From: a virus
Direction: 5' to 3' (one strand)
Virus record (IMG/VR): IMGVR_UViG_3300013137_000017
Coordinates: 2,802 to 66,801 of that record
DNA: 64,000 bases
Part shown: piece after piece, positions 10,054-20,700 of the stretch
Position numbering within the stretch: the first letter of the stretch is position 1
Layout of the letters: each line of letters starts with the position of its first letter
The notes under the pieces: model-generated
Told to the model about the DNA's origin: nothing
Databases searched by the model: none
Seen by the model: only the letters and a program-made list of their open reading frames with translations
Position numbers and translations under genes: made by a program

Positions 10054-10155
10054 TGCGCCATAGTGTCAAAGGTTAACACACCGGTGTCGAAAGACAAGGT
10101 TTTGTAAAAAGTACCTCATAGACTGGAAATACGGGTTCGAATCCCGATGGCGCTA
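10054..10155 (+). tRNA. tRNA-like gene (probably CAU anticodon) with a 29-nt insertion in the anticodon loop
   Basis: Acceptor TGCGCCA/TGGCGCT; D arm GTGT-CAAAGGTTA-ACAC; anticodon stem CCGGT/ACTGG; T arm CGGG-TTCGAAT-CCCG. Removing 29 nt leaves a canonical 73-nt tRNA; no encoded CCA. Confidence 0.75.
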
Positions 10156-10182
10156 CGAAACAAATATTATTTAAAAGTCAAC

Positions 10183-10533
10183 ATGAATTACGAAGAACTA
10201 ACTGGTCACACAATCAGAGAAGGATTCATGAAATTTCACAAAGAGAATCCTTACGTATACAAAGCATTTGAAAAACAAGCGCTTAAAGCAATCTCCAACG
10301 GTAGGACGAAAATCAGCGCAAAACTAATCATAAATTGGATTCGTTGGAATGAATTTCTCGAAACAAACGACACTAATTTTAAAATCAATGATGCCTTTCA
10401 CTCTTATTACGCCCGATTGTTTGTTGAAAAGAATCCGTCACTTAAAGATTGTTTTGAATTCAGAAAATTAAGAAACGAATACTCCGGGCCATATATGGAT
10501 TTTGATGAAAACGGTCAGCTCAAATTTTTATAA
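10183..10533 (+). CDS. conserved hypothetical phage protein
   Basis: FHKENP...WIRW...FKINDAFHSYYARLF pattern; ATG 10147 lies inside the tRNA, so 10183 preferred. Confidence 0.7.
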   Translation: MNYEELTGHTIREGFMKFHKENPYVYKAFEKQALKAISNGRTKISAKLIINWIRWNEFLETNDTNFKINDAFHSYYARLFVEKNPSLKDCFEFRKLRNEYSGPYMDFDENGQLKFL

Positions 10534-10551
10534 TATTTTAAAATATCATTT

Positions 10552-10836
10552 ATGTATAAAATTGGAATTTACAAAGCTGGTCAGCAAATAGCCAAAGAAG
10601 TATTTGCAAGTGAGAATCTGGAAGAGGTTAAAGCCGAATTCTGCCGTATGTGGAATGCTACCGAATTCGATCCGGATGGAATTGACAATCAGTCAGACAG
10701 TGCAGAAGATGCATGGAACGAACGAAAGCATTTCAGCGAAGACACAAACAACGTAAGTGTGTTTGACATACAGAACGGAGATCTCTTACGCACAGAGTGG
10801 ACATATACTGGATGGAAGTCAAACATTTTGAATTAA
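10552..10836 (+). CDS. hypothetical protein
   Basis: 94-aa acidic ORF. Confidence 0.65.
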   Translation: MYKIGIYKAGQQIAKEVFASENLEEVKAEFCRMWNATEFDPDGIDNQSDSAEDAWNERKHFSEDTNNVSVFDIQNGDLLRTEWTYTGWKSNILN

Positions 10837-10848
10837 AACTATTGAAAT

Positions 10849-11358
10849 ATGGCAAAGAAATGTAGTTACAGCGGATGTACAGATAATGTCTGGGGAAAAG
10901 GATTTTGCAGGTATCATCAATGGTGCAGGGACGATATACAGAAAAAGATGAAAGATAAATACATCGGGCCACGAACTCCGATTCAAAGAACATCTCCTCA
11001 AAAGAAGTCAGAGATCATTGCCCAGGCAACAGAAGACAACGCTTTCTTTCTTTCTGTCTGGAATTCAAGAAATCATACCTGTGCTTACTGTAATACAAAA
11101 TTGGGAGATATTCCGTTAAAATACTTCTTCGATCACATCCTTGAAAAATCATCATTTGAATCATTGAGATACGAGACCGAGAATATAGCGTTGGCCTGTT
11201 TTACTTGTCATCAGGTAAAGACATCAAAGAAATACACAGATATAATGCGAGTAATTATTTATCGGACTGTACTATTCTTCATAGAAAACGAAAAGCTCGT
11301 ACAAATAGGAAACATAAATATTGATCGCTTAAAGGATTGGATCAAAGAACCTACATAA
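10849..11358 (+). CDS. HNH endonuclease family protein
   Basis: CAYC...FDHIL...NIALACFTCHQVK; extra N-terminal C-x4-C-x9-C-x2-H zinc finger. Confidence 0.8.
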   Translation: MAKKCSYSGCTDNVWGKGFCRYHQWCRDDIQKKMKDKYIGPRTPIQRTSPQKKSEIIAQATEDNAFFLSVWNSRNHTCAYCNTKLGDIPLKYFFDHILEKSSFESLRYETENIALACFTCHQVKTSKKYTDIMRVIIYRTVLFFIENEKLVQIGNINIDRLKDWIKEPT

Positions 11359-11359
11359 G

Positions 11360-11578
11360 ATGAAACAGAAAACATTGGAACCATCAGATATCGAAGGAAT
11401 ATTTAGACAGATGCAAAAGATGAAGGCGACAATTGGATTTATTTACCTTTATCCAAAAGATTTAGCACATATACGAGCCTGCATGCCTACATACGTAGAT
11501 TATTTTGCTGAGGGCGGAGAGATAGAGTCTATCGATTATGATGATGGAATGAAACTTTATCTCATGAAGAAGCCTTAA
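11360..11578 (+). CDS. hypothetical protein; last gene of the + arm
   Basis: 72-aa ORF; stop overlaps the convergent gene's stop (TTAA). Confidence 0.6.
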   Translation: MKQKTLEPSDIEGIFRQMQKMKATIGFIYLYPKDLAHIRACMPTYVDYFAEGGEIESIDYDDGMKLYLMKKP

Positions 11579-13173
11579 GTGATAAGGATCTCCTGGATCA
11601 CTTCCCAGTACCCGTCTGTCTTTTTTATAATGGTCACACTGCTTCCCGTCAATGAACCGACACCGGCGGTCATTACATATGTTGTCGTCTCAGCCAGGTC
11701 GTTATTTATTATAGCATCGCCCCCGCCTGTAACGCTAAGCGTAAGAGTATTTGTACCGGAAGAATATTTGATGATGAATGTAAACTTCAACCCATCTTCA
11801 ATTGTTGCCGTATCGGGAAGGTCAACAGCTATGTTTCCACTTGTTATATTACAGCTATAGTTTGATGCTTCCGTTTCATCTGCAGTGAAGTCAATTGTCT
11901 TATATGCTATTCCACCCCCTCCGGCTTTATATTGCAGGTTATTTATCTTGGTCATGATATTTTCATCTAATCCGGAGAGATAGCCGATCACGGTTGCTGC
12001 AGCGAGTTTCGATGTTGCGATTGCTGCACTTGCGTGAACGTCAGCATTTACTATTGCTGCGGCACCCGCGGTTATCTTTGTATCTATCTGAGTCTGGGCA
12101 TCAGAGGTCAGGCCGGCAATATACTGTAATTTTGCTCCTACGTTAGCTTCGGAAGTCCAGGCAGCTCCATCAAAATAAGGAACTGCGTCTGCAGCAAGGG
12201 TTGATCCAACAACGTGATCCATAAATTCTTTTCCTGTCTTAATCAGAAGCTCTCCATCAGTATTCAACATCGCTGCATGGGTGATAGCTCCTGTTCCCGT
12301 AGTGCCTACCTTGCATTTTCCGGTAGCCCATACTCCTCCATATACTTTAACAAAATAAGTACTATCTACAGCTCCTCCTATGCCAACTTTTCCTATCAAT
12401 GTAGACCCACTCCATGCTATCAACGTATCGCCCGAAACACCTCCTCCTCCGGCAATACCTCCGTAGAGAAGAAGGTCTCCTCCGTCATTGGCTCCTCCGC
12501 CATATCCTCCCCCCGCATGAATACTTAAATTATCTCCAGCCCCTGCATCATCAGTTTCGACATATAAAGCCCTGGCAGCACCTGTCGCAAAATAGACATC
12601 TGCCGGGAACTTTAACGTATATGTGGAAAGTATCGGCGTTACTTCAGTACCGTCAATTGTCCAATATGGTTCAAGAAGCGATGAGATGTTACTAACAAGC
12701 ACCTTTTTAGGAAGGTCGTCTGCGCTATCGACGATGACAAAATAATCAGCATTTACCGGCGATCCTTTAGCACTGAGGTTATCCGGATCAAATTCGACCT
12801 GATAGTTAAGTCTCGTCCCTCCCGTAGCTGTTTTACTCAGGGCAGTGAGCTTCAGTCCACCGTAGGTTTGGGCACCAAGTGCAATTGTAGCCTCTGTAGC
12901 ATCACCTAACTGCATCATTGGTAGTTGATGTGGTCGAACAACTGTTTGCATCCCTGAAGAAGCGCTTGTGCGTAATTTGACATTCGCATCCGTTGCCAAT
13001 TTCACCAGGCCCTGAGATCCTTCAGCTGCAGTATCATCAGTTTCAAGTTTAAATGTAACAGAATCAAATAGCGATCTATATGTTGCCTCAGATGGCTTAT
13101 TATTCTTTGAAAACCTGTCGTAAGTTGACGCTTTCGGGGTATCGAAAAACCACTTTCTTAATTGTGTTGCCAT
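11575..13173 (-). CDS. tail fiber / tail-associated protein
   Basis: N-terminal F..KPSE..Y..LFDS; QGLVKLAT fiber repeat; Gly-rich beta segments; Ala/Thr/Gly-rich composition. Confidence 0.7.
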   Translation of the reverse strand: MATQLRKWFFDTPKASTYDRFSKNNKPSEATYRSLFDSVTFKLETDDTAAEGSQGLVKLATDANVKLRTSASSGMQTVVRPHQLPMMQLGDATEATIALGAQTYGGLKLTALSKTATGGTRLNYQVEFDPDNLSAKGSPVNADYFVIVDSADDLPKKVLVSNISSLLEPYWTIDGTEVTPILSTYTLKFPADVYFATGAARALYVETDDAGAGDNLSIHAGGGYGGGANDGGDLLLYGGIAGGGGVSGDTLIAWSGSTLIGKVGIGGAVDSTYFVKVYGGVWATGKCKVGTTGTGAITHAAMLNTDGELLIKTGKEFMDHVVGSTLAADAVPYFDGAAWTSEANVGAKLQYIAGLTSDAQTQIDTKITAGAAAIVNADVHASAAIATSKLAAATVIGYLSGLDENIMTKINNLQYKAGGGGIAYKTIDFTADETEASNYSCNITSGNIAVDLPDTATIEDGLKFTFIIKYSSGTNTLTLSVTGGGDAIINNDLAETTTYVMTAGVGSLTGSSVTIIKKTDGYWEVIQEILIT

Positions 13174-13179
13174 TGCTGT

Positions 13180-13617
13180 TTAATTTACTGTTATTATTGG
13201 AGATGTATTTTCTACATGATCATATCCGACTCCTTCACCTTCAAGATCAGTATTCAAATCATACACATCAAACATTTTGTGAATTAAATTGGAAGAGATA
13301 CCACTACATAACAGTGCCTTTTTAATTCTGTCAATACAGTAGTATTCCCTGTAATATTCATTTCCCTGATCTCCTCCGTTATCCGCATCAAGATCTCTAT
13401 GGTCTTGAATGATATCAAGATAGAAAGCAACCCTATGGTACATCTTTAGAATACATACCTTATTGGTTTTTTTCCCAAACAGTTGAGAAGATATAATAGA
13501 TGAATACAATTCATTGGTGGTGGAACTTACAATATACCAAAACTCCATAGATTTCTGTTCGCGAACAGTTGGAGCCGGAAGTCCACAACAACTTGTTATA
13601 AGATCAAATGCACTCAT
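13180..13617 (-). CDS. probable virion (tail hub-like) protein
   Basis: 145 aa, Cys-containing, lies between structural genes. Confidence 0.55.
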   Translation of the reverse strand: MSAFDLITSCCGLPAPTVREQKSMEFWYIVSSTTNELYSSIISSQLFGKKTNKVCILKMYHRVAFYLDIIQDHRDLDADNGGDQGNEYYREYYCIDRIKKALLCSGISSNLIHKMFDVYDLNTDLEGEGVGYDHVENTSPIITVN

Positions 13618-13618
13618 A

Positions 13619-14707
13619 TTAACAATCTATAATATTTGTATCAAGTTCATCACAAAGCCCACAGCGGTCAGTGATTATCTTCAGTTTATCAACCATAGTT
13701 CCGACTTCTTCTATGAAGTCTTCCCGTTCAATACTCACGTCATATACTCCCAGATACCTATACTTGTCAAGAAATACCATCTTCTCGATTTGAGAAATAA
13801 GCATCCTTATCGTATCTTCATCATACTTGCGTGCCATAAGATCTTCATCACAATCATCACATGGATCATCGCAAGCACAAAGATTATACTTAAAAAGTGC
13901 AGTGTAACAGTCATAAGCGTCACACATATCATAAATGGGTTCTTCAATTTCATAATCTATAGCGCTATATGTGTATTCAATGTGAAAAACATAAACTCCA
14001 TCACCATAAGTAGTAAGATCAATATCGAGCGTTGTTTCGGAGATTGAATAAGACTCAAGAGTGTTCCCTGAATAGTCTTGCAATATCGCTGAAGTAACCG
14101 TTACGTCATCAGCTACCGTAATAGTATATAGATGGCATCCGGTCTTTGTGATTGTGACAGGCGGACAGTCTATCTCTATCACGCCTGTTGTATAATCCAT
14201 CTGCTCTGTGGCAGTATCTATCGAATAGACACACAGATCATGAATGTCCTCTTCCGTGAGAGCTGCATATACAGAGCCGCCAATAGCCGTTAAATCAAGG
14301 GCTTCATCAATAACAAGGATTCCCCAGTCGGTTCTGTTAAGATGTGGAGCCGCAGGCGATGCAACAGTAGGATTAATTGTCCCAGCGGTTTGTTTTATAA
14401 AATAATACCCGTTAGAATGAACTATCGCAAACGGCCCAAAGTCGATATTCACCGACGAATCCCATTCGAAAAACCAGAACAGTTTTACGTTATATATTCT
14501 TAAGTTGACTGCCGGGATTATCCATATCCCAGGGTCAGGATCCGTCTGATCAATATTAAAGTCCGCAACAAAGTCATCTGTGCTCCACGTAGCAAGGATA
14601 GACAGATAGCTACGAGCGTATGTATTTAACGGATACGTAGTGATGTCCGTAATGGTTAGATAGCCACATTGACTGTCTTTATCCAATGAAATAACTGGTA
14701 CTGCCAT
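13619..14707 (-). CDS. probable virion (tail hub-like) protein
   Basis: Acidic, beta-rich; C-terminal CACDDPCDDC and CGLC clusters. Confidence 0.6.
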   Translation of the reverse strand: MAVPVISLDKDSQCGYLTITDITTYPLNTYARSYLSILATWSTDDFVADFNIDQTDPDPGIWIIPAVNLRIYNVKLFWFFEWDSSVNIDFGPFAIVHSNGYYFIKQTAGTINPTVASPAAPHLNRTDWGILVIDEALDLTAIGGSVYAALTEEDIHDLCVYSIDTATEQMDYTTGVIEIDCPPVTITKTGCHLYTITVADDVTVTSAILQDYSGNTLESYSISETTLDIDLTTYGDGVYVFHIEYTYSAIDYEIEEPIYDMCDAYDCYTALFKYNLCACDDPCDDCDEDLMARKYDEDTIRMLISQIEKMVFLDKYRYLGVYDVSIEREDFIEEVGTMVDKLKIITDRCGLCDELDTNIIDC

Positions 14708-14723
14708 AACTAAGATCTTTTAG

Positions 14724-14755
14724 CAAAGATACAACAATCAAAAAGTAGATGTCAA
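14724..14755 (-). promoter_or_regulatory. Bacteroidota sigma70-type promoter
   Basis: TTGACA-N15-TTG-TATCTTTG (matches -7 TAnnTTTG) in the intergenic gap upstream of 14707. Confidence 0.7.
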
Positions 14756-14764
14756 GATAAGATA

Positions 14765-17700
14765 CTACTCTTGTTCATCAATAAGTGGTTCTATCAAGTC
14801 ATATCCCTGGTTTGCAAACGGAGCATTTTTAAGTTTGAAATTCCCAAACATATCCTGCCAAAACCCAGCCAGAATATCTACTGCAGGGAAAGGACGTGTT
14901 ACACCTTCAATCATCATAGGCCATACGAGCAACGACTGGTACGCATACCGGAAGTTTTTTACTATCCTCCAGTTAGGAATTGGCTTGTCTTTATCTTCGT
15001 CTTCACCCTGATCCACAAGCTGAGCAAATAAGAAGTACATAAACGTATACATCGCAAGATTCATCGTGGCTTTTGTCATCGCGTATTTCTTTGATGCGGA
15101 GAGATTCTTCAGTGAGAGGGGTTTCTTTGCAAGTATGGAATCTCTTATATATCCATATACAGTACTTACCGTTCCATCAACCATCACACGTTCCCACTGA
15201 GCTGTCCATTCACCATTTTCGTCTTTTATCATTTCGACCTTGCCTCCCTCATCCAGCGTCTTTTCTACCGCAAAAGCATTTTCAAACCTCGTTATCATCC
15301 ACTGTTTAAACATCAGAAACATCTTTCCAATCATATAGTTAGCCCAAAGAGATCTCGTCTTATTATCATACGCTCCGATAATATATTTGTCTGAGAGGAC
15401 TTTAAACAACCTTGCCTCTTCAAGAGTATATCCCTTTACCGGGCCAACGGTATTCTCATAGGCAGCTCGTTTTTTCTGCCATTCCATATATGCTTTACCG
15501 GCTTCAGAGAAATCTTTCCCATTCCAACCAAGCCTTTTATCTTTTTTCGGATCATACGTAACGGTACCTGTCTTTTCATCATAATCATACGCATCCCAAG
15601 ATCCATCATGCATCATCTGCGCTCCCATTGCTACGCATCTGGCAAATACATCAGTAGCCCAGTTACCCCAGTTCACATAGAACCTTGTGAAAATGCTCTT
15701 TTTCGTTTTCTGATGGATAGGAAGATTAATCAACTCATAATCATTGGAAGAAACTAACTGAAAATCATGCATAGCAAGTTGTGTCATTTTCTTGAATCCA
15801 TTCTTTGTAAGAAACGCTGCCGTTGATTTCAATAAATGTTGCGATCCAAAATATTTCTTATCAAATCCTCCTTTTTTCGCAATATTACTTGTGATTCCTT
15901 CAACAAATGCATACATCCCGTTTGTGACAAGACTTATAATTGGAATGTTTATATTAAAAGCCATGACCAGTGGAGCCGCAACAGACGATAATATCTGAAG
16001 CGTCGTATCAACTTCTTTTGGTGTTATCTTCTTTCGCTTCCCACGAATAGCCTGTTCATCAAACAACTCAAGAAATTGACTGACACCGAGATTTTTATAA
16101 TCTTTGTTCACTCTGTCATTGAGAGCAACGATCTTCATTGCATTAATAGTTGGCAATAGATTCTCTTCAATTTCACCATTGCGAATAGAGGACATAACGA
16201 AATAATTCATAAGCATTTCAAGATTCTTCGAGATATTTTTGTTGACTTCTTCATCTTTTAAGACATACTTATCTACGTTAACTCCGTTTTCAACTACTGT
16301 CTCTACTCCAAGTCCAAGAAGTCCATAACTACGGCGCGTATTCCCATACTTTTCTTTTTGGCTGTTAGTAATACCAAACTGCCAGAAAAACATATCTCTC
16401 ATTTTATTGAGATCATCAATCTCGTCTATCTCCGCACGAGAAGATTCACTATACTGCGAATATACGTCTGTTAACTCCATCACACGTGCTTTCATGCCAG
16501 CATAGATCTTCCCCTGGCTAAATTTCTCTCCTGCAGACTGGGGAAGAATAGGAATCATCCCACGAACATAAGTGCTTTCTTCAGAAAACAACATCGCTTT
16601 TGCATCGTCTTCTGTAAATTCAAGCTGATCTTTAGCCATCAGATATCCGGATGGTTCGTTTTGATAGTGTTTGGTCAGGTTGTATATAAGCGCCTGTTCA
16701 ATAACATTTACTATCTTTCTGCCAGCAGCCAACAATTCTTTACTGAGTCCAAGCTCTTTGGCTTTTTTTGCCATCTCTCTTTCCCACGCCGTCCTAATAT
16801 GCGGGTCATTTACGTCGTCTGTCCAATATATATGTCCGGTATAATGCATCTTTCCGTCAAGTCCCTTTTCCTGTACATATAACCGATCAAATAAATGATC
16901 ACTTATGTTGAGAACCCTTCCAGTAAGAAGCGGAGCAAACTCTTTATAGATATAATCAAACACTCCATCTTTTTCTTTGAGAGGCAACATCATCTGGTTA
17001 TAATTATTGATAACTCTGCCGAAGATATCAAGCCCAAACCTACGGATCTTCTGAACATCTTCTTGTCCTATACTTGATGTATCTGTTACAAATAACCGAA
17101 GCTGGTCTAAGTCCATGTACTGATTTATGTTGTAATCCATTACAGGAATCCCTCGAATCTGAAATATAGTACCAATTATCATTCGCATCTCTTCTATATC
17201 ATCAATGGAATAATGTTGAGTTCCAATAGAGATATCTGAAATTTTCTTCTGTAGCCTACGCAGTTGTCGGCTGAGGACAGAAATCTTTTCAGCATCAGAT
17301 ATTCTTGTATTTACAGTAATCCCCCTGAGACCTACTCCCTCCTTGTCTTTCTTTGCTTTCAGAGAGGCAATATAATCCTGGGTAATATGACGTATGTTCT
17401 TTTGATCAAATCGTTCTGACAACGGAGATCCTTTTAAAATTTCCATTATCTCAGGAACTTTTCCAATATTAAGCATCGTTTTTCCAAGGGCGACATTATC
17501 AATTTGTTCGAAACTAACACCGCCACCTGTACGATCTTCACCGTGTTTACCAGCATATAATTGTACTACGCCCATATCATTTATGACAACTTTTTTATCC
17601 TCTACAAACTTCTGAGCAAGCATCATCAAATATAATTTATGAAACTCTATCTCTTTATTGTCAATATTTATCCCCTTACGGACAGCAGTACGCTTATCAA

Positions 17701-20700
17701 TGATATAGTGAAACATCTTTGAATTTTTCGGTGTTAACGTATCGTATGCGCCAAGACTACCGCTTTGTACATCATAAATAGAGAGACCAATACCTTTATC
17801 TGAAGTATAGTCTATAGAAACTATCGGGTCGAAACCAGGAAACACGTAATTTTCATCATAAAGATGTTTCAGATTCTTATTGTCTTTAAGTTTGCTATAC
17901 CTCATATATTTCGAATGTCTACTGAATCCAATAGATCTTTTAAACTTCATCGTTGTCTGATCTGTATACCTTGAAACAGTGTCACCCATATCATTTACAA
18001 AAGTATCTATCTCTTTGCGACCTCCCATAAGATATTCGATAACTTTATCCCCGAAATTATTTTTATAGGCTTCATACTGGTCAAATAAATTTTCCAAAAC
18101 AGGTTGGTTCTTTGGATCATCAAGATCACCAAATTTTCCATATCCAGGAGAGATAAATATAGGAACATCATTTTTGTTGTTGCGGATAACATCTTTGAGC
18201 CACCTGATTTGCAATTTTCTTCGTGTCTCAACATTCGCTTCTCCAAGATATATTACATCATGAAAATTTTTCAGGCTGACTACCGGGTTAACACTCTTAG
18301 ATGAAAGCATCACTCCGGATTGAAGTTGCATTAACTTCTCAGAATTTAAGGAAGATATTGATTTCCCTGAAAACACAGCATCCGTAAGTACTTTTGCAAA
18401 CTGCTCAAGAGTTTGCATTTCCGGACTTATGTTTAGATTCAACTTCGGATCAAGACCAAAGATCGTATAGAAGAAGTTACGCAATGCATTCCAAAGCGAT
18501 GTTATAAAATCTTTAACGCTATTCCATATCTCCATCTTTCTATCAGCCTGTCGGCTCTTCCACGAATTGAGAAAGTCAGCGACATCCGATTCGCTTTTCC
18601 AGCCAGCGATGTTACTTATTACTTCATCTACGAGATCCTCACCAGAAAGATACGGATAAGCGGCTTTAATAAGTTTTGCTTCTTCATTGTTGGAATTTAT
18701 AATTCTAAGCGCTTCACTCCGCAGAGATTCGTATGATGGATGACTGATAGACTTCATTATAAGAATGACAATATGAGCTATTTCATGTATAGGAGTATCC
18801 TTCTGAATGCGATCAGTATTAATATACACTTTCCCATTATAAATGAATGCTATATCAGATCGGTTCGGATTCGTCGGATCGCTGTTTGATGTCAAGATAA
18901 ATTTTATATTCGGAAATGCTTTATTGATAAAATAAATAAGTCCATCAATCATTTCAGAAGCCAACCGATTATCTTTACGAAGTCGCGAAGAGAGAGTATC
19001 ATTCTTTTTCTCTTTGACATAATCGATATTGTATTTATCATGCCATACAACTCTTGCATGAGAACTATCAGAAAGGACTACTGTATCTCCACCTTTTACC
19101 TGGAATCCCATCGTTTTTGCTTCAGGGGCAAAGACACCGTGTTCATAATCAAAACTCAGCTTTATAATTCCATCACGATGAAATTTTACAATCTTATCTG
19201 ATCCAATGGGTTTTCCAGTCAAATAAGGAACATTTGAACTGGATGAAAAATATGGATTTACAGTAAACGGGTATGGATTTACAGACTTTTTTACCTCTCC
19301 CATAGAGTCAGTCTCCATAAGCATCATTCTTATTCTAAGATCTTTATTTCTCCTTGTAAACTTTGCTCCGGACTTATTAGTACGGTCATATTTTGTTAAT
19401 ATTCCATTCTTTCGAATAATTTCATCAGAGAGATAATCCATATCTGGATTGTATAATGTACCAGCACTACCTCTGTCCTTACGTACAAATTCACCGTACT
19501 GTCGTTCGATATTATTATCGATCATGGAATTAAATGAACCGTTCCGTACTTCAAATCCAAAGTTCAACGCAGAATATAATCGGAAAAACTGTTGATGTTT
19601 CGGATTTAATTTCCTGAAGTCAATAATCATAACATTTCTTCTGTGATCATCTATTGACAAAGATCCGGAAAACTGAATTTGCTCAGACAAATTTACATTT
19701 GAAGTTCGTTCTATCTCTTGCACAAACAGATTGTTCTTATATGCATCATATTGTTTAAGATAACTAAGATATTGCGGTGCAAGTGCCATAAAGAGTCCTC
19801 GTCCATACTCAGACTGATCCATTGTAAAAACACCATTCTTTAAGCCAAGTTCATTCATAAAATCATCTTCAAAGCTAAATGTCTCGTTTTCCATTACATT
19901 CCCAATGATGAATTTCTCAAAGTCATCTACTAATGGATTAAACTCATCTTCTCCCCAAAGTTCATTTCTCTGCGTTTTCTCCCGCACTAAATCCGTTAAA
20001 ATATCAATATTCTGATCAACTAAAAACACTCTTTTAATTGACTTCTCAAGTTGGTTCATTAGGTCAAGATAAGAAATACTCCTCGGAATGTTCGCTATAA
20101 CTTCAGCTATATTGAATGTATTCCTGATATTTATTTCATTACCCATCTTATTCTTCGCCGACTTATCAGATGAATATTGATAAAAGTTTTCAATAAAATA
20201 TTCGGCTTGTTGCTTTGGAGTTTTTACATATTTAGTATTCTTTTTACGAATAGCATCAATGTTTGACAGAAACACGGATAAGTCCATGCCAAGCCACTTC
20301 TCAACATTTTTAATATTTCCGGTAAGTTCGAATATATTTCCACCAATACTTTTTTCTATAGCTATAAAGTTAATAAGCCTGCGTACTTGTTCTCCTTTTA
20401 ATGCTATATTCTTTAATTCTTGCATTGAATATCCTTCGACAGTTTCAACTCCTGTAAGGTATTTCCATATCTTTGACGTAAATTCTGACGTTGCCCGATT
20501 TGCATTTATTGTCTTTGCGGTAGCTTTTACAACAGCAGGACTTGTGAGTATCTTATATATTCTCTCCTCGAAATATTTCTGTTTTTCTTCTACAGTTTCA
20601 AACTTATCCATCTCTGCCTGTTCACTTGAATTTAACCCGCTGAATAACAATCCTGCAATAAGAGGAGAAGTATATACGTTGATATTTAATCTCCCAAGCG

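Noticed and set aside
1282-11001. - strand ORFs within the left arm
   Set aside because: Antisense to a fully tiled + strand operon.
11575-13173. Diversity-generating retroelement targeting the tail fiber
   Set aside because: No reverse transcriptase and no TR/VR repeat pair seen in the window.
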